In this document: positions 12,459 through 27,897 of the stretch, one piece after another
Layout: each line of letters begins with the position of its first letter
Position numbering within the stretch: position 1 is the first letter of the stretch
Source: Antedon mediterranea
Taxonomy: Eukaryota > Animalia > Echinodermata
Assembly (NCBI RefSeq): GCF_964355755.1
Contig: NC_092671.1
Location: 11,780,001-11,844,000, forward strand
Direction of reading: 5' to 3'
DNA: 64,000 nucleotides
Notes under the pieces: model-generated
Seen by the model: only the letters and a program-made list of their open reading frames with translations
Database searches by the model: none
What the model was told of the DNA's origin: nothing
Program-made: the position numbers and the translations under genes

Positions 12459-15400
12459 CTAGACATGTAACTCGTCACTTTGACGAGTTTGGTTATCCGC
12501 CGCGCAAGTGGTGCAACATTAACATTAAGGGGATAGGTAGAGGACAAAAGGAAGTGTTCACGTTGGCATTATGACCTGAACTGAAGAATATGATATGTTG
12601 TTATTGCTGAATTTTATCTATATATAAATTCATATATAGTATACACAGTATAATCTGTATCCATATCACATACAGTGTAGAATATGTGAACTTACGGGAC
12701 CCGCTATTTATTGCAATTTTTAACATGTTGACGGTTTTAAAATGAAACGGGAAGGTAGCAATTCCGAAAGGAAATTATCTCAGCAACAACGTATTAGCGT
12801 GTAGAAGAAATTTGAATACGTGAAATATTGATGCGCGCTCTCTTAAATGTAATGAATTATGACGCAAAAGATGAAAATACGACCTTTTTTATTTAACTGG
12901 CCATATGATGACGTCACAACATCCGATTGGCAACATTTTTACATAATTTCGTATCTACAATCCAATAGCTTCCAGAAAAAGTTTTAATCGTGATTATCAA
13001 ATTTTATTCTTACGAGCTATAAAAGATTAAAATTTACTGTAAAGATGAAATTGATGCCACACGTGATTTAAATTTTTAGGCATGATGACGTCAAAAAAAT
13101 TAAAATATTTTTAACTCATGCGAAAGATAGTTGATTGACCTAGACAATATCAAAATCGGGGTGAAAATGGAAAACGGATAAGTGGAGATGCGCTCTATTC
13201 AATGTGATGAGCTATGACGAAAGATACAAAAATCCTAAATTTTATATTCGCGTGGCCATACGATGACGTCACAAAGTCCGGTTAGCCATATTAATACCTG
13301 ATCCGATATCTACAACTCATCTACTTCTAGAAAATGTCATCCAAAAAAATTTGACCGTCTAGTTTAGAAATTACGACTGTTTAAAAAAAGTCATATTTTA
13401 AAAGAATTTTTTAACCTTTTCATAAAAAACGCGCGCAAATTGGCCAATTCGACATGCTCGTATGACGTATCTTTAAGTCAAAATTGTTTAAAATTTGGTA
13501 AAATTACTAGAAAAGGCTGAAAAAACATAAATCACGCGAAAAAATTACGTTTTCAATTCTACGTGCGCACCGCACACGTAAAAATGTGCGCACGCGTGGG
13601 AATTTTTGACATGCTTAAAACGACATGAAACGCGTAGAAAGTTGATTATAAATTAATTTTGCGCATTTTGAAATTTTAAATGCGCGTGCACGCGTAACTT
13701 TGTGTATAACACGCAATTTTTTTTCAACAGAAAGTTAGCGCATGATATAAATTAAACTTTTGCAAAGTTTCAAGTTGAAATGTTATTTGGTTGTCGAGCT
13801 ATGTTAAATACGACAAAATCGTTAAATCGCGCGTAAGTCACGTTGCGCAATTGTAAACGTCATGAAAAGCTTCGCTTGACGACGTTACGTAAATGTCAAT
13901 ATGTTAAGATAGTTACCAAAATGTTATGTTTGCGAGTTTTGGAGAAAAGCGTTACACAAAAATCATACAGAAAGAAAGAAGAAAAATAAAAAGACTAGAC
14001 ATGTAACTCGTCACTTTGACGAGTTTGGTTATCCGCCGCGCAAGTGGTGCAACATTAACATTAAGGAGATAGGTTGAGGACAAAAGGAAGTGTTCACGTT
14101 GGCATTATGACCTGAACTGAAGAATATGATATGTTGTTATTGCTGAATTTTATTATTTAAATTCATATATAGTATACACAGTATAATCTGTATCCATATC
14201 ACATACAGTGACATACAGTGTAGAATAGGTGAAATTACGGGACCCGCTATTTATTGCAATTTTTAACATGTTGACGGTTTTAAAATGAAACGCGAAGGTA
14301 GAAATTCCGAAAGGAAAATATCTCAGCAACAACGTATTAGCGTGTAGAAGAAATTTGAATACGTGAAATATTGATGCGCGCTCTTTTAAATGTAATGAAT
14401 TATGACGCAAAAGATGAAAATACGACCTTTTTTATTTAACTGGCCATATGATGACGTCACAACATCCGATGGGCAACATTTTTACATAATTTCGTATCTA
14501 CAATCCAATAGCTTCCAGAAAAAGTTTTAATCGTGATTATCACATTTTATTCTTACGAGCTATAACAGATTAAAATTTACTGTAAAGATGAAATTGATGC
14601 CACACGTGATTTAAATTTTTAGGCATGATGACGTCAAAAAAATTAAAATATTTTTAACTCATGCGAAAGATAATTGATTGACCTAGACAATATCAAAATG
14701 GGGGTGAAAATGGAAAACGAATAAGTGAAGATGCGCTCTATTCAATGTGATGAGCTATGACGAAAGATACAAAAATCCTAAATTTTATATTCGCGTGGCC
14801 ATACGATGACGTCACAATGTCCGGTTAGCCATATTAATACCTGATCCGATACCTACAACTCATCTACTTCCAGAATATGTCATCCACAAAAAGTTGACCG
14901 TCTAGTTTAGAAATTACGACTGTTTAAAAAAAGGCATATTTTAAACAAATTTTTTAACCTTTTCGTAAAAAACGCGCGCAAATTGTCCAATTCGACGTGC
15001 TCGTATGACGTATCTTTTAGTCGAAATTGTTTAAAATTTGGTAAAATTACTAGAAAAGGCTGGAAAAACATAAATCACGTGAAAAAAATACGTTTTCAAT
15101 GCTACGTGCGCACCGCACACGTAAAAATGTGCGCACGCGTGGGAATTTTTGACATGCTTAAAACGACATGAAACGCGTAGAAAGTTGATTAGAAATTAAT
15201 TTTGCGCATTTTGAAATTTTAAATGCGCATGCGCGCGTAACTTTGTGTAAAACACGCAATTTTTTTTCAACAGAAAGTTAGCGCATGATATAGATTAAAC
15301 TTTTGCAAAGTTTCACTTTAAAATGTTATTTGGTTTTCGACATATGTTAAATATGAGAAAATCGTTAAATCACGCGTACGTCACGTTGCGCAATTGTAAA

Positions 15401-15652
15401 CATCATGAAAAGCTTCGCTTGACGACGTTACATAAATGTCAAAATGTTAACATAGTTAACAAAATGTTATGTTTGCAAGTTTTAGAGAAAAGCGTTACAC
15501 AAAAATCATACAGAAAGAAAGAAGATTAAGAAAAAGATGATGATGATTTCGTACAATCACAAGAGGTTATCCTGCAACTTCGTTGCGGATAACCAATGAT
15601 GATTTCGTACAATCACAAGAGGTTATCCTGCAACTTCGTTGCGGATAACCAA

Positions 15653-17177
15653 CTAGATTTGAACTCGTCACTTTGACGAGTTCGGGTTATCCGCGCAAAG
15701 GCAACATGCACATACTTTAAACTATATGAACTTCGACAAATATTATGCCATCCTATGACATGAATTAAACATGTTTACAGTGCTGAATTGTACCTATTAT
15801 GTAGCATACAGCATGTTATAGAATACACTGTTATATGTTATATACAGTGTAGTATATACGAAATTACGAGACCATCTTTTAAATCCAATTGTTAACACGA
15901 TGATGTCATCAAATTGACATATAAAGATAACTATTTTAGAAGATAATTATCTAAATAATTACATTAATACAAATTTGAAGAATGTTGGGCACGTAAAAGT
16001 GACATGCGCTCTCGTTTAAACGCAATGAACTTTTACGCAAAGGATAAAAATACGACTTTTTTTATTCAACTGGCCATATGATGACGTCACAGGATCTGGT
16101 TGGCAAAATATTTACATGAATTCGTATCTACAATTCAATGACTTCCAGAAAACGTTTAAATCATGAATATCACTTTTTATTCTGACGAGATATAACAGAT
16201 TAAAATTCACTGTAAAGATGAAAATAAGTGACCCACGTTGTTTAGATTTTTAGACATGATGACGTCATAAGAATTAAAATATTTTAACTCCTGCGAAAGA
16301 TAGTTGATTGACGTAGACAATATTAAAATCTCTGGGGAAATGGAATACGTATAAGTGAGATGCGCTCTGTTGAATGTGATGAGCAATAACGAAAGAGACA
16401 AAAATCCTATATTTTATATTTTAGTGGCCATGCGATGACGTCACAATGTCCGCTTAGCCATATCGATGCATGATTTGATATCTAAAACTCATCTACTTCC
16501 AGAATCTGAAATTTTGAAAATGTTAACCACGGAGTTTAGAATCTATGACTTTTTAAAGAAAGGCATAATTTTCACGAATTTTTGAACTTTTTCATCAAAA
16601 ACGTGCGTAAATTGTTCAATTCTACGTGCTCGTATGACGTGATTTTAAGTCGAAATTGATTGAAAATTGGTATATTTACTATAAAAGGCTGAAAAAACAA
16701 AAATCAAGCATAACAAAGATGTTTTTGCGCCACGTGCGTACGCGCGCGTAAAAAAATTGCGCACGCGTGGGAATTTTTGAAATGCTCAAAATGACATGAA
16801 ACGCGTAGAAAGTTGATTAGAAGTTGATTTTTCGCATTTTGAAATTTTAAACGCGCGTGCGCGCGTAACTTTTTGCGCAATCTGCCATTTTTAATCCATA
16901 GAAATTTTGCGCATGATATGACTTAAATTTTCACCAAGTTTCAATACAAAATGACTTTTGGTTTTTAATCTATGATCAATCATTGAAATTCATAAAATCG
17001 CACGTAACTTACGCTGCGCAACTCCGATATCGTCGAAAAGCTTGGCTGCAAATCTACAGCTATAGGTGAATCTTATGACAAAGGTATACAATCTTATGTT
17101 GGCCAGAATTAGAGATACCCTGCGAACAAAATTCGTGGAAAGAAAGAAGAATAAGATAGAAAAAAAAAAAGAAAAAA
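15653..17177 (-). mobile_element. Strongly diverged long element body (CTAGATTTG subfamily), interrupted in its poly-A linker
   Basis: CTAGATTTGAACTCGTCACTTTGACGAGTTCGGGTTATCCGC start; colinear with but clearly diverged from the major unit; its probable cap is at 18390-18440. Confidence 0.8.
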
Positions 17178-18389
17178 CTAGATTTGAACTCGTCACTACG
17201 GACGAGTTAGGTTATCCGCAGCGCAAAAGCCACGTGCACGTCGTACGTTAGAATATTGCGCGCAAAAAAACGATTATGGCATTGAAAAAATGTTAGTGCG
17301 CTCTCTATTTTGCGTCACGTCTAAGTGTATACGGTATAACACTATATACTGTATACGTACTACATACAGTGCGGAATAGGTGAAAATAAGTGACCAAAGT
17401 TATTGACGCATTTGAACATGATGACGTCATCACAATTTTAAAAATGGTGAATCATGGGAAAGATAATTGATTGACCTAGACAATAATAAAAAAATGATGG
17501 AATTGGAAAATGGATAAAGGAGATGCGCTCTATTAAATGTGACGAGCTATGACGAAAGAGAAAAAAATCCTATATTTCATATTCGAGTGGCCAAACGATG
17601 ACGTCACAATGTCCGGTTAGCCATATCGATGCATGATTCGATATCTACAACTCATCAACTTCTAGAATGTGTAATTTAAAAAAAGTTCACCTCGTAGTTT
17701 ACAATCTATGACTGTTTTAAAAAAGACATAATTTGGACGAATTTTTGAACTTTTTCTTCAAAAACGCGCGCAAATTGTTCAATTCTACGTGCTCGTATGA
17801 CGTGATTTTAAGTCGAAATTGATTGAAAATTGGTAAATTTACTAGAAAAGGCTGAAAAAACAAAAATAAAGCAAAAAAAAGAGGTTTTTGCGCTATGTGC
17901 GCACGCGCGCGTAAAAAAAGTGCGCACGCGTGGGAATTTTTGAAACGCTCAAAATGACATGAAACGCGTAGAAAGTTGATTAGAAATTGATTTTTCGCAT
18001 TTTGAAATTTTAAATGCGCGTGCGCACGTAACTTTCTGCGCAACCTGCCATTTTTAATCCATAGAAAGTTTCCGATTAATATGACTTAAATTTTCACCAA
18101 GTTTCAAAACAAAATTACTTTTGGTTTTTAATCTATGATCAATCATTGAAATTCATAAAATCGCGCGTAAGTTACGCTGCGCAACTCGGACTGGACCGAA
18201 AACCTTATTACGACATCTTCAGACAGAGGTCAATCTTCTGATAAAGTTATACAATGTTATGTTAAGAAGATTTTGAGATACACGCGCAACAAAATTCATG
18301 GAAAGAAAGAAGAAAAAAGAAAAAAAAGAAAAAAAAAAAAAAGATCCTGACAATAACAAGAGGTTATCCGCCAAAGTGCGGATAACCAA
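17178..18389 (-). mobile_element. Short (~1.2 kb) subfamily element with type B cap
   Basis: CTAGATTTGAACTCGTCACTACGGACGAGTTAGGTTATCCGC start; lacks one ~355-bp internal repeat; cap GATCCTGACAATAACAAGAGGTTATCCGCCAAAGTGCGGATAACCAA. Confidence 0.82.
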
Positions 18390-18440
18390 AAAAAGATCCT
18401 GACAATAACAAGGGGTTATCCGCCAAGTGCGGATAACCAA

Positions 18441-20039
18441 CTAGACATGTAACTCGTCACTTTGACGAGTTTGGTTATCCGCCGCGCAAATGGTGCAACA
18501 TTAACATTAAGGGGATAGGTTGAAGACAAAAGGAAGTGTTCACGTTGGCATTATGACCTGAACTGAAGAATATGATATGTTGTTATTGCTGAATTTTATT
18601 ATTTATATTCATATATAGTATACACAGTATAATCTGTATCCATATCACATACAGTGACATACATAGAATAGGTGAAATTACGGGACCCGCTATTTATTGC
18701 AATTTTTAACATGTTGACGGTTTTAAAATGAAACGCGAAGGTAGCAATTCCGAAAGGAAATTATCTCAGCAACAACGTATTAGCGTGTAGAAGAAATTTG
18801 AATACGTGAAATATTGATGCGCGCTCTTTTAAATGTAATGAATTATGACGCAAAAGATGAAAATACGACCTTTTTCATTTAACTGGCCATATGATGACGT
18901 CACAACATCCAATTGGCAACATTTTTACATAATTTCGTATCTACAATCCAATAGCTTCCAGAAAAAGTTTTAATCGTGATTATCACATTTTATTCTTACG
19001 AGCTATAACAGATTAAAATTTACTGTAAAGATGAAATTACTGCCACACGTGATTTTAATTTTTAGGCATGATGACGTCAAAAAAATTAAAATATTTTTAA
19101 CTCATGCGAAAGATAGTTGATTGACCTAGACAATGTCAAAATCGGGGTGAAAATTGAAAACGGATAAGTGGATATGCGCTCTATTCAATGTGATGAGCTA
19201 TGACAAAAGATACAAAAATCCTAAATTTTATATTCGCGTGGCCATACGATGACGTCACAATGTCCGGTTAGCCATATTAATACCTGATCCGATATCTACA
19301 ACTCATCTACTTCCAGAATATCCCATCCACAAAAAGTTGACCGTCTAGTTTAGAAATTACGACTGTTTAAAAAAAGGCATTTTTTAAACGAATTTTTTAA
19401 CCTTTTCATAAAAAACGCGCGCAAATTGTCCAATTCGACGTGCTCGTATGACGTATCTTTAAGTCGAAATTGTTTAAAATTTGGTAAAATTACTAGAAAA
19501 GGCTGGAAAAACATAAATCACGCGAAAAAAATACGTTTTCAATGCTACGTGCGCACCGCACACGTAAAAATGTGCGCACGTGTGGGAATTTTTGACATGC
19601 TTAAAACGACATGAAACGCGTAGAAAGTTGATTATAAATTAATTTTGCGCATTTTGAAATTTTAAATGCGCGTGCGCGCGTAACTTTGTGTAAAACACGC
19701 TATTTTTTTTCAACAGAAAGTTAGCGCATAATATAAATTAAACTTTTGCAAAGTTTCACTTTAAAATGTTATTTGGTTTTCGACATATGTTAAATACGAG
19801 AAAATCGTTAAATCGCGCGTACGTCACGTTGCGCGATTGTAAACATCATGAAAAGCTTCGCTTGACGACGTTACATAAATGTCTAAATGTTAACATAGTT
19901 AACAAAATGTTATGTTTGCAAGTTTTAGAGAAAAGCGTTACACAAAAATCATACAGAAAGAAAGAAGATTAAGAAAAAGATGATGATGATTTCGTACAAT
20001 CACAAGAGGTTATCCTGCAACTTCGTTGCGGATAACCAA
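18441..20039 (-). mobile_element. Intact major-subfamily element
   Basis: Both termini present with a single type A cap. Confidence 0.83.
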
Positions 20040-21632
20040 CTAGACATGTAACTCGTCACTTTGACGAGTTAGTTATCCGCACGACAAACGCCACGTGCAC
20101 GTCATACGTTAGAATATTGCACACAGAAAAAATTATGGCATTATGACCTGATCTGAAGAATATGATATGTTGTTAGTGCTGAATTCTGTCAATTTTGTGT
20201 CATATAGTATATACATGCAAACAGTATAATCTGTATACATGTTACATACAGTGTAGAATAGGTGAAATTACGGGACCCGCCATTTATTCAAATTTGTAAC
20301 ATGGCGACGGTATCAAGATGAAACACTAAGATAGCAATTTCGGAAGCAAATTATCTCAGCAACAACATATTAACGTGTAGAAGAAATTTGAATACGTTTA
20401 ATATTGATGCGCGCTCTTTTAAATATAATGAACTATGATGCAAACGATGAAAATACGACTTTTTTTATTTAACTTGCAATATGATGACGTCACAGCATCT
20501 GATTGGCAAAATGTTCACATGATTTCATATCTACAATCCAAGAGCTTCCAGAAAATGTTTTAATCGTGATTATCACATTTTATTTTGACGGGCTATTACA
20601 GATTAAAATTTACTGTAAAGATGAAATTAATGACCCACGTAATTAAAATTTTTAGGCATGATGACGTCATAAAAATTAAAATATTTTTATCTCATGCGAA
20701 AGATAGTTGATTGACCTAGACAATATTAAAATCTCGGAGAAAAAGAAATACGTATAAGCGTGATGCGCTCCATTGAATGTGATGAGCAATAACGAAAGAC
20801 AAAAAAATTCTATATTTTACATTCGTGTGGCCATATGATGACGTCACAACATCCGTGAGGTAAAAATTCTGCATGAATTCATATCTACAACATATCTGCT
20901 TACATATTAAGTTAAAAAAATTAGGGGTAATCGTTGATCCTGAGAAGCTATAAAACATTCAAAATAGGCATAATTTTGACAACATTTTGTAACTTTTTCA
21001 ACTAAAACGCGTGCAAATGGGCTAAATCAACGTGTTCGTATGACGTAATTTTAATTTGAAATGATGTCAATCTTTTTGAAAATGACTAGGAAAGGCTGGA
21101 AAATCACAATTCAAGAGAAAAAAACATGATTTTCAGGCTCTATGCGCACCGTGCGCGTAATATTTTTCGCGCGCGCGGTAATTTTGTACATGCTTAAAAT
21201 GACATGAAACGCGTAGAAAGTTGATTAGAAATTATTTTTGCGCATTTTGAAATTTTAAATGCGCGTGCGCGCGTAACTTTGTGTAAAACACGCAATTTTT
21301 TTCAAACAGAAAGTTAGCGCATGATATAAATTAAACTTTCACAAAGTGTCAATTAAAAATCACTTTTAGTTTTTAATCTATGATCAATCATAAAAAATCA
21401 TAAAATCGCGCGTAAGTCACGTTGCGCAACTCTGACGTAATTTAAAAATAGGAGGTGCACAACTTCACGTAAATGCCCACATGTTGTCAAAGTTATAAAA
21501 TGTTATGTTTACACATTTTAGAGAAACGCTCTACACAAAAATAGCGAGAAAGAAAGAAGAATAATACAGAAAAAAATATTGATCCCATACAATAACAAGG
21601 AGTTATCCGCCAACTTCGTTGCGGATAACTAA
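20040..21632 (-). mobile_element. Intact divergent AGTT-subfamily element with its own cap
   Basis: subTIR TTAGTTATCCGC near 20069 pairs with terminal GCGGATAACTAA at 21621-21632. Confidence 0.82.
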
Positions 21633-24600
21633 TACAGAAAAAAAAAAAAAAAGATGATGAAACAGGACAGTTACAAGGAGTTATCCGCTGAGTGCGGATA
21701 ACTAACTAGACATGTAACTCGTCACTTTGACGAGTTTGGTTATCCGCCGCGCAAGTGGTGCAACATTAACATTAAGGGGATAGGTTGAGGACAAAAGGAA
21801 GTGTTCACGTTGGTGTTATGACCTGAACTGAAGAATATGATATGTTGTTATTGCTGAATTTTATTATTTAAATTCATATATAGTATACACAGTATAATCT
21901 GTATCCATATCACATACAGTGTAGAATAGGTGAAATTACGGGACCCGCTATTTATTGCAATTTTTAACATGTTGACGGTTTTAAAATGAAACGCGAAGGT
22001 AGCAATTCCGAAAGGAAATTATCTCAGCAACAACGTATTAGCGTGTAGAAGAAATTTGAATACGTGAAATATTGATGCGCGCTCTTTTAAATGTAATGAA
22101 TTATGACGCAAAAGATGAAAATACGACCTTTTTTATTTAACTGGCCATATGATGACGTCACAACATCCGATTGGCAAAATTTTTACATAATTTCGTATCT
22201 ACAATCCAATAGCTTCCAGACAAAGTTTTAATCGTGATTATCACATTTTATTCTTACGAGCTATAACAGATTAAAATTTACTGTAAAGATGAAATTAATG
22301 CCACACGTGATTTAAATTTTTAGGCACGATGACGTCAAAAAAATTAAAATATTTTTAACTCATGCGAAAGATACTTGATTGACCTAGACAATATCAAAAT
22401 CGGGGTGAAAATGGAAAACGGATAAGTGGAGATGCGCTCTATTCAATGTGATGAGCTATGACGAAAGATACAAAAATCCTAAATTTTATATTCGCGTGGC
22501 CATACGATGACGTCATAATGTCCGGTTACCCATATTAATACCTGATCCGATATCTACAACTCATCTACTTCCAGAATATGTCATCCACAAAAATTTGACC
22601 GTCTAGTTTAGAAATTACGACTGTTTAAAAAAAGGCATATTTTAAACGAATTTTTTAACCTTTTCATAAAAAACGCGCGCAAATTGTCCAATTCGACGTG
22701 CTCGTATGACGTATCTTTAAGTCGAAATTGTTTAAAATTTGGTAAAATTACTAGAAAAGGCTGAAAAAACATAAATCACGCGAAAAAAATACGTTTTCAA
22801 TGCTACGTGCGCACCTTACACGTAAAAATGTGCGCACGCGTGGGAATTTTTGACATGCTCAAAACGACATGAAACGCGTAGAAAGTTGATTAGAAATTAA
22901 TTTTGCGCATTTTGAAATTTTAAATGCGCATGCGCGCGTAACTTTGTGTAAAACACGCAATTTTTTTTCAACAGACAGTTAGCGCATGATATAAATTAAA
23001 CTTTTGCAAAGTTTCATTTTAAAATGTTGTTTGGTTTTCGACATATGTTAAATACGAGAAAATCGTTAAATCGCGCGTACGTCGCGTTGCGCAATTGTAA
23101 ACATCATGAAAAGCTTCGCTTGACGACGTTACGTGAATGTCAAAATGTTAACATAGTTAACAAAATGTTATGTTTGCAAGTTTTAGAGAAAAGCGTTACA
23201 CAAAAATCATACAGAAAGAAAGAAGATGAAAACTAGACATGTAACTCGTCACTTTGACGAGTTTGGTTATCCGCCGCGCAAGTGGTGCAACATTAACATT
23301 AAGGGGATAGGTTGAGGACAAAAGGAAGTGTTCACGTTGGCATTATGACCTGAACTGAAGAATATGATCTGTTGTTATTGCTGAATTTTATTATTTAAAT
23401 TCATATATAGTATACACAGTATAATCTGTATCCATATCACATACAGTGTAGAATAGGTGAAATTACGGGACCCGCTATTTATTGCAATTTTTAACATGTT
23501 GATGGTTTTAAAATGAAACGCGAAGTTAGCAATTCCGAAAGCAAATTATCTCAGCAACAACGTATTAGCGTGTAGAAGAAATTTGAATACGTTAAATATT
23601 GATGCGCGCTCTTTTAAATGTAATGAACTATGACGAAAAAGATGAAAATACGACCTTTTTTATTTAACTGGCCATATGATGACGTCACAACATCCGATTG
23701 GCAACATTTTTACATAATTCCATATCTACAATCCAATAGCTTCCAGAAAAAGTTTTAATCGTGATTATCACATTTTATTCTTACGAGCTATAACAGATTA
23801 AAATTTACTGTAAACATGAAATTGATGCCACACGTGATTTAAATTTTTAGGCATGATGACGTCAAAAAAAATAAAATATTTTTAACTCATGCGAAAGATA
23901 GTTGATTGACCTAGACAATATCAAAATCGGGGTGAAAATGGAAAACGGATAAGTGGAGATGCGCTCTATTCAATGTGATGAGCTATGACGAAAGATACAA
24001 AAATACTAAATTTTATATTCGCGTGGCCATACGATGACGTCACAATGTCCGGTTAGCCATATTAATACCTGATCCGATATCTACAACTCATCTACTTCCA
24101 GAATATGTCATCCACAAAAATTTGACCGTCTAGTTTAGAAATTACGACTGTTTAAAAAAAGGCATATTTTAAACGAATTTTTTAACCTTTTCATAAAAAA
24201 CGCGCGCAAATTGTCCAATTCGACGTGCTCGTATGACGTATCTTTAAGTCGAAATTGTTTAAAATTTGGTAAAATTACTAGAAAAGGCTGGAAAAACATA
24301 AATCACGCGAAAAAAATACGTTTTCAATGCTACGTGCGCACCGCACACGTAGAAATGTGCGCACGCGTGGGAATTTTTGACATGCTTAAAACGACATGAA
24401 ACGCGTAGAAAGTTGATTATAAATTAATTTTGCGCATTTTGAAATTTTAAATGTGCGTGCGCGCGTAACTTTGTGTAAAACATGCAATTTTTTTTCAACA
24501 GAAATTTAGCGCATGATATAAATTAAACTTTTGCAAAGTTTCACTTTAAAATGTTGTTTGGTTTTCGACATATGTTAAATACGATAAAATCGTTAAATCG

Positions 24601-24760
24601 CGCGTACGTCACGTTGCGCAATTGTAAACATCATGAAAAGCTTCGCTTGACGACGTTACATAAATGTCAAAATGTTAACATAGTTAACAAAATGTTATGT
24701 TTGCGAGTTTTACAGAAAAGCGTTACACAAAAATCATACAGAAAGAAAGAAGAAGAATAA

Positions 24761-26293
24761 CTAGACATGTAACTCGTCACTTTGACGAGTTAGTTATCCG
24801 CACGACAAACGCCATGTGCACGTCATACGTTGGAATATTCCACACAGAAAAAGATTATGGCATTATGACCTGAACTGATGAATATGATATGTTGTTAGTG
24901 CTGAATTCTGTCAATTTTTTGTCTTATAGTATATAGTACAAACAGTATAATCTGTATATATATTATATACAGTGTAGAATAGGTGAAATTACGGGACCCG
25001 CCATTTATTTCAATTTTTAACATGGAGACGGTATCAAAATGAAACAGTAACACTAAGGTTGCAATTTCGGAAGGAAATTATCTCGGCAACAACATATTAA
25101 TGTGTAGAAGAAATTTAAATACGTAAAATATTGGTGCACGCTCTTTTAAATGTAATGAATTATGACGCAAAAGATGAAAATACGACTTTTCTTACTTAAC
25201 TGGACATATGATGACGTCACAACATCCGAATGGCAAAATTTTTACATGATTTTGTATCTACAATCCAATAGCTTCCAGAAAACGTTTTAATCGTGATTAT
25301 CACATTTTATTCTTACGAGCTATAACAGATTAAAATTTTCTGTAAAGATGAAATTAATGCCACATGTAATTTAAATTTTTAGGCATGATGACGTCATAAT
25401 AATTAAAATATTTTTAACTCATGCGAAAGATAGTTGATTGACCTAGACAATATCAAAATCGGGGTGAAAATGAAAAATGGATAAGTGGAGATGCGCTCTA
25501 TTAAATGTGATGAGCTATGACGAAAGATACAAAAATCCTCAATTTTATATTCGCGTGGCCATACGATGACGTTAAAATGTCCGGTTAGCCATATTAATAC
25601 ATGATCCGATATCTATAACTCATCTACTTCAAGAATATGTCATCCACAAAAAATTGACCGTCCAGTTTAGAAATTACGACTGTTTAAAAAAAGGCATAAT
25701 TTTGACAAATTTTTGTACTTTTTCATAAAAAACGTGCGCAAATTGTCCAATTCGACGTGCTCGTATGACGTAACTTTAAGTCGAAAGTGTTTAAAAGTTG
25801 GTAAAATTACTATAAAAGGCTGGAAAAACATAAATCACTCGAAAAAAATATGTTTTTAATGCTACGTGCGCACCGCACACGTAAAAATGTGCGCACGCGT
25901 GGGAATTTTTTACATGCTTAAAATGACATGAAACGCGTAGAAAGTTGATTAGAAATTAATTTTGCGCATTTTGAAATTTTAAATGCGCGTGCACGCGTAA
26001 CTTTTTGTAAAACATGCCATTTTTAGTGCACTAACAGTTTGCCCTTCATATGACTTAAATTTTCATAAAGGGTAAACAAAAAATTACTCTTGGTTTTTAA
26101 GCTATGATCAATCATTAAAAATCATAAAATCGCGCGCAAGTCACGTTGCGCAACTCTGACGTCATTCAAAATAGGAGATGCACAACTTCACGTAAATGCC
26201 CACATGTTGTCAAAGTTATAAAATGTTATGTTTACACATTTTAGAGAAACGTGACTCACAAAAAAATGGGAAAGAAATAAGAAGAATACAGAA
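24761..26293 (-). mobile_element. AGTT-subfamily element body, interrupted in its linker
   Basis: Ends GAATACAGAA|CTAG; the matching AGTT-type cap is at ~30353-30413. Confidence 0.8.
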
Positions 26294-27897
26294 CTAGACA
26301 TGTAACTCGTCACTTTGACGAGTTTGGTTATCCGCCGCGCAAGTGGTGCAACATTAACATTAAGGAGATAGGTTGAGGACAAAAGGAAGTGTTCACGTTG
26401 GCATTATGACCTGAACTGAAGAATATGATATGTTGTTATTGCTGAATTTTATTATTTAAATTCATATATAGTATACACAGTATAATCTGTATCCATATCA
26501 CATACAGCTCAGTGACATACAGTGTAGAATAGGTGAAATTACGGGACCCGCTTTTTATTGCAATTTTTAACATGTTGACGGTTTTAAAATGAAACGCGAA
26601 GGTAGCAATTCCGAAAGGAAATTATCTCAGCAACAACGTATTAGCGTGTAGAAGAAATTTGAATACGTGAAATATTGATGCGCGCTTTTTTAAATGTAAT
26701 GAATTATGACGCAAAAGATGAAAATACGACCTTTTTTATTTAACTGGCCATATGATGACGTCACAACATCCGATGGGCAACATTTTTACATAATTTCGTA
26801 TCTACAATCCAATAGCTTCCAGAAAAAGTTTTAATCGTGATTATCACATTTTATTCTTACGAGCTATAACAGATTAAAATTTACTGTAAAGATGAAATTG
26901 ATGCCACACGTGATTTAAATATTTAGGCATGATGACGTCAAAAAAATTAAAATATTTTTAACTCATGCGAAAGATAGTTGATTGACCTAGACAATATCAA
27001 AATCGGGGTGAAAATGGAAAACGAATAAGTGGAGATGCGCTCTATTCAATGTGATGAGCTATGACGAAAGATACAAAAATCCTAAATTTTATATTCGCGT
27101 GGCCATACGATGACGTCACAATGTCCGGTTAGCCATATTAATACCTGATCCGATACCTACAACTCATCTACTTCCAGAATATGTCATCCACAAAAAGTTG
27201 ACCGTCTAGTTTAGAAATTACAACTGTTTAAAAAAAGGCATATTTTAAACGAATTTTTTAACCTTTTCATAAAAAACGCGCGCAAATTGTCCAATTCGAC
27301 GTGCTCGTATGACGTATCTTTAAGTCGAAATTGTTTAAAATTTGGTAAAATTACTAGAAAAGGCTGGAAAAACATAAATCACGCGAAAAAAATACGTTTT
27401 CAATGCTACGTGCGCACCGCACACGTAAAAATGTGCGCACACGTGGGAATTTTTGACATGCTTAAAACGACATGAAACGCGTAGAAAGTTGATTATAAAT
27501 TAATTTTGCGCATTTTGAAATTTTAAATGCGCGTGCGCGCGTAACTTTGTGTAAAACACGCAATTTTTTTTCAACAGAAAGTTAGCGCATGATATAAATT
27601 GCAAAGTTTCACTTTAAAATGTTATTTGGTTTTCGACATATGTTAAATACGAGAAAATCGTTAAATCGCGCGTACGTCACGTTGCGCAATTGTAAACATC
27701 ATGAAAAGCTTCGCTTGACGACGTTACATAAATGTCAAAATGTTAACATAGTTAACAAAATGTTATGTTTGCAAGTTTTAGAGAAAAGCGTTACACAAAA
27801 ATCATACAGAAAGAAAGAAGATTAAGAAAAAGATGTTGATGATTTCGTACAATCACAAGAGGTTATCCTGCAACTTCGTTGCGGATAACCAAAAAAA

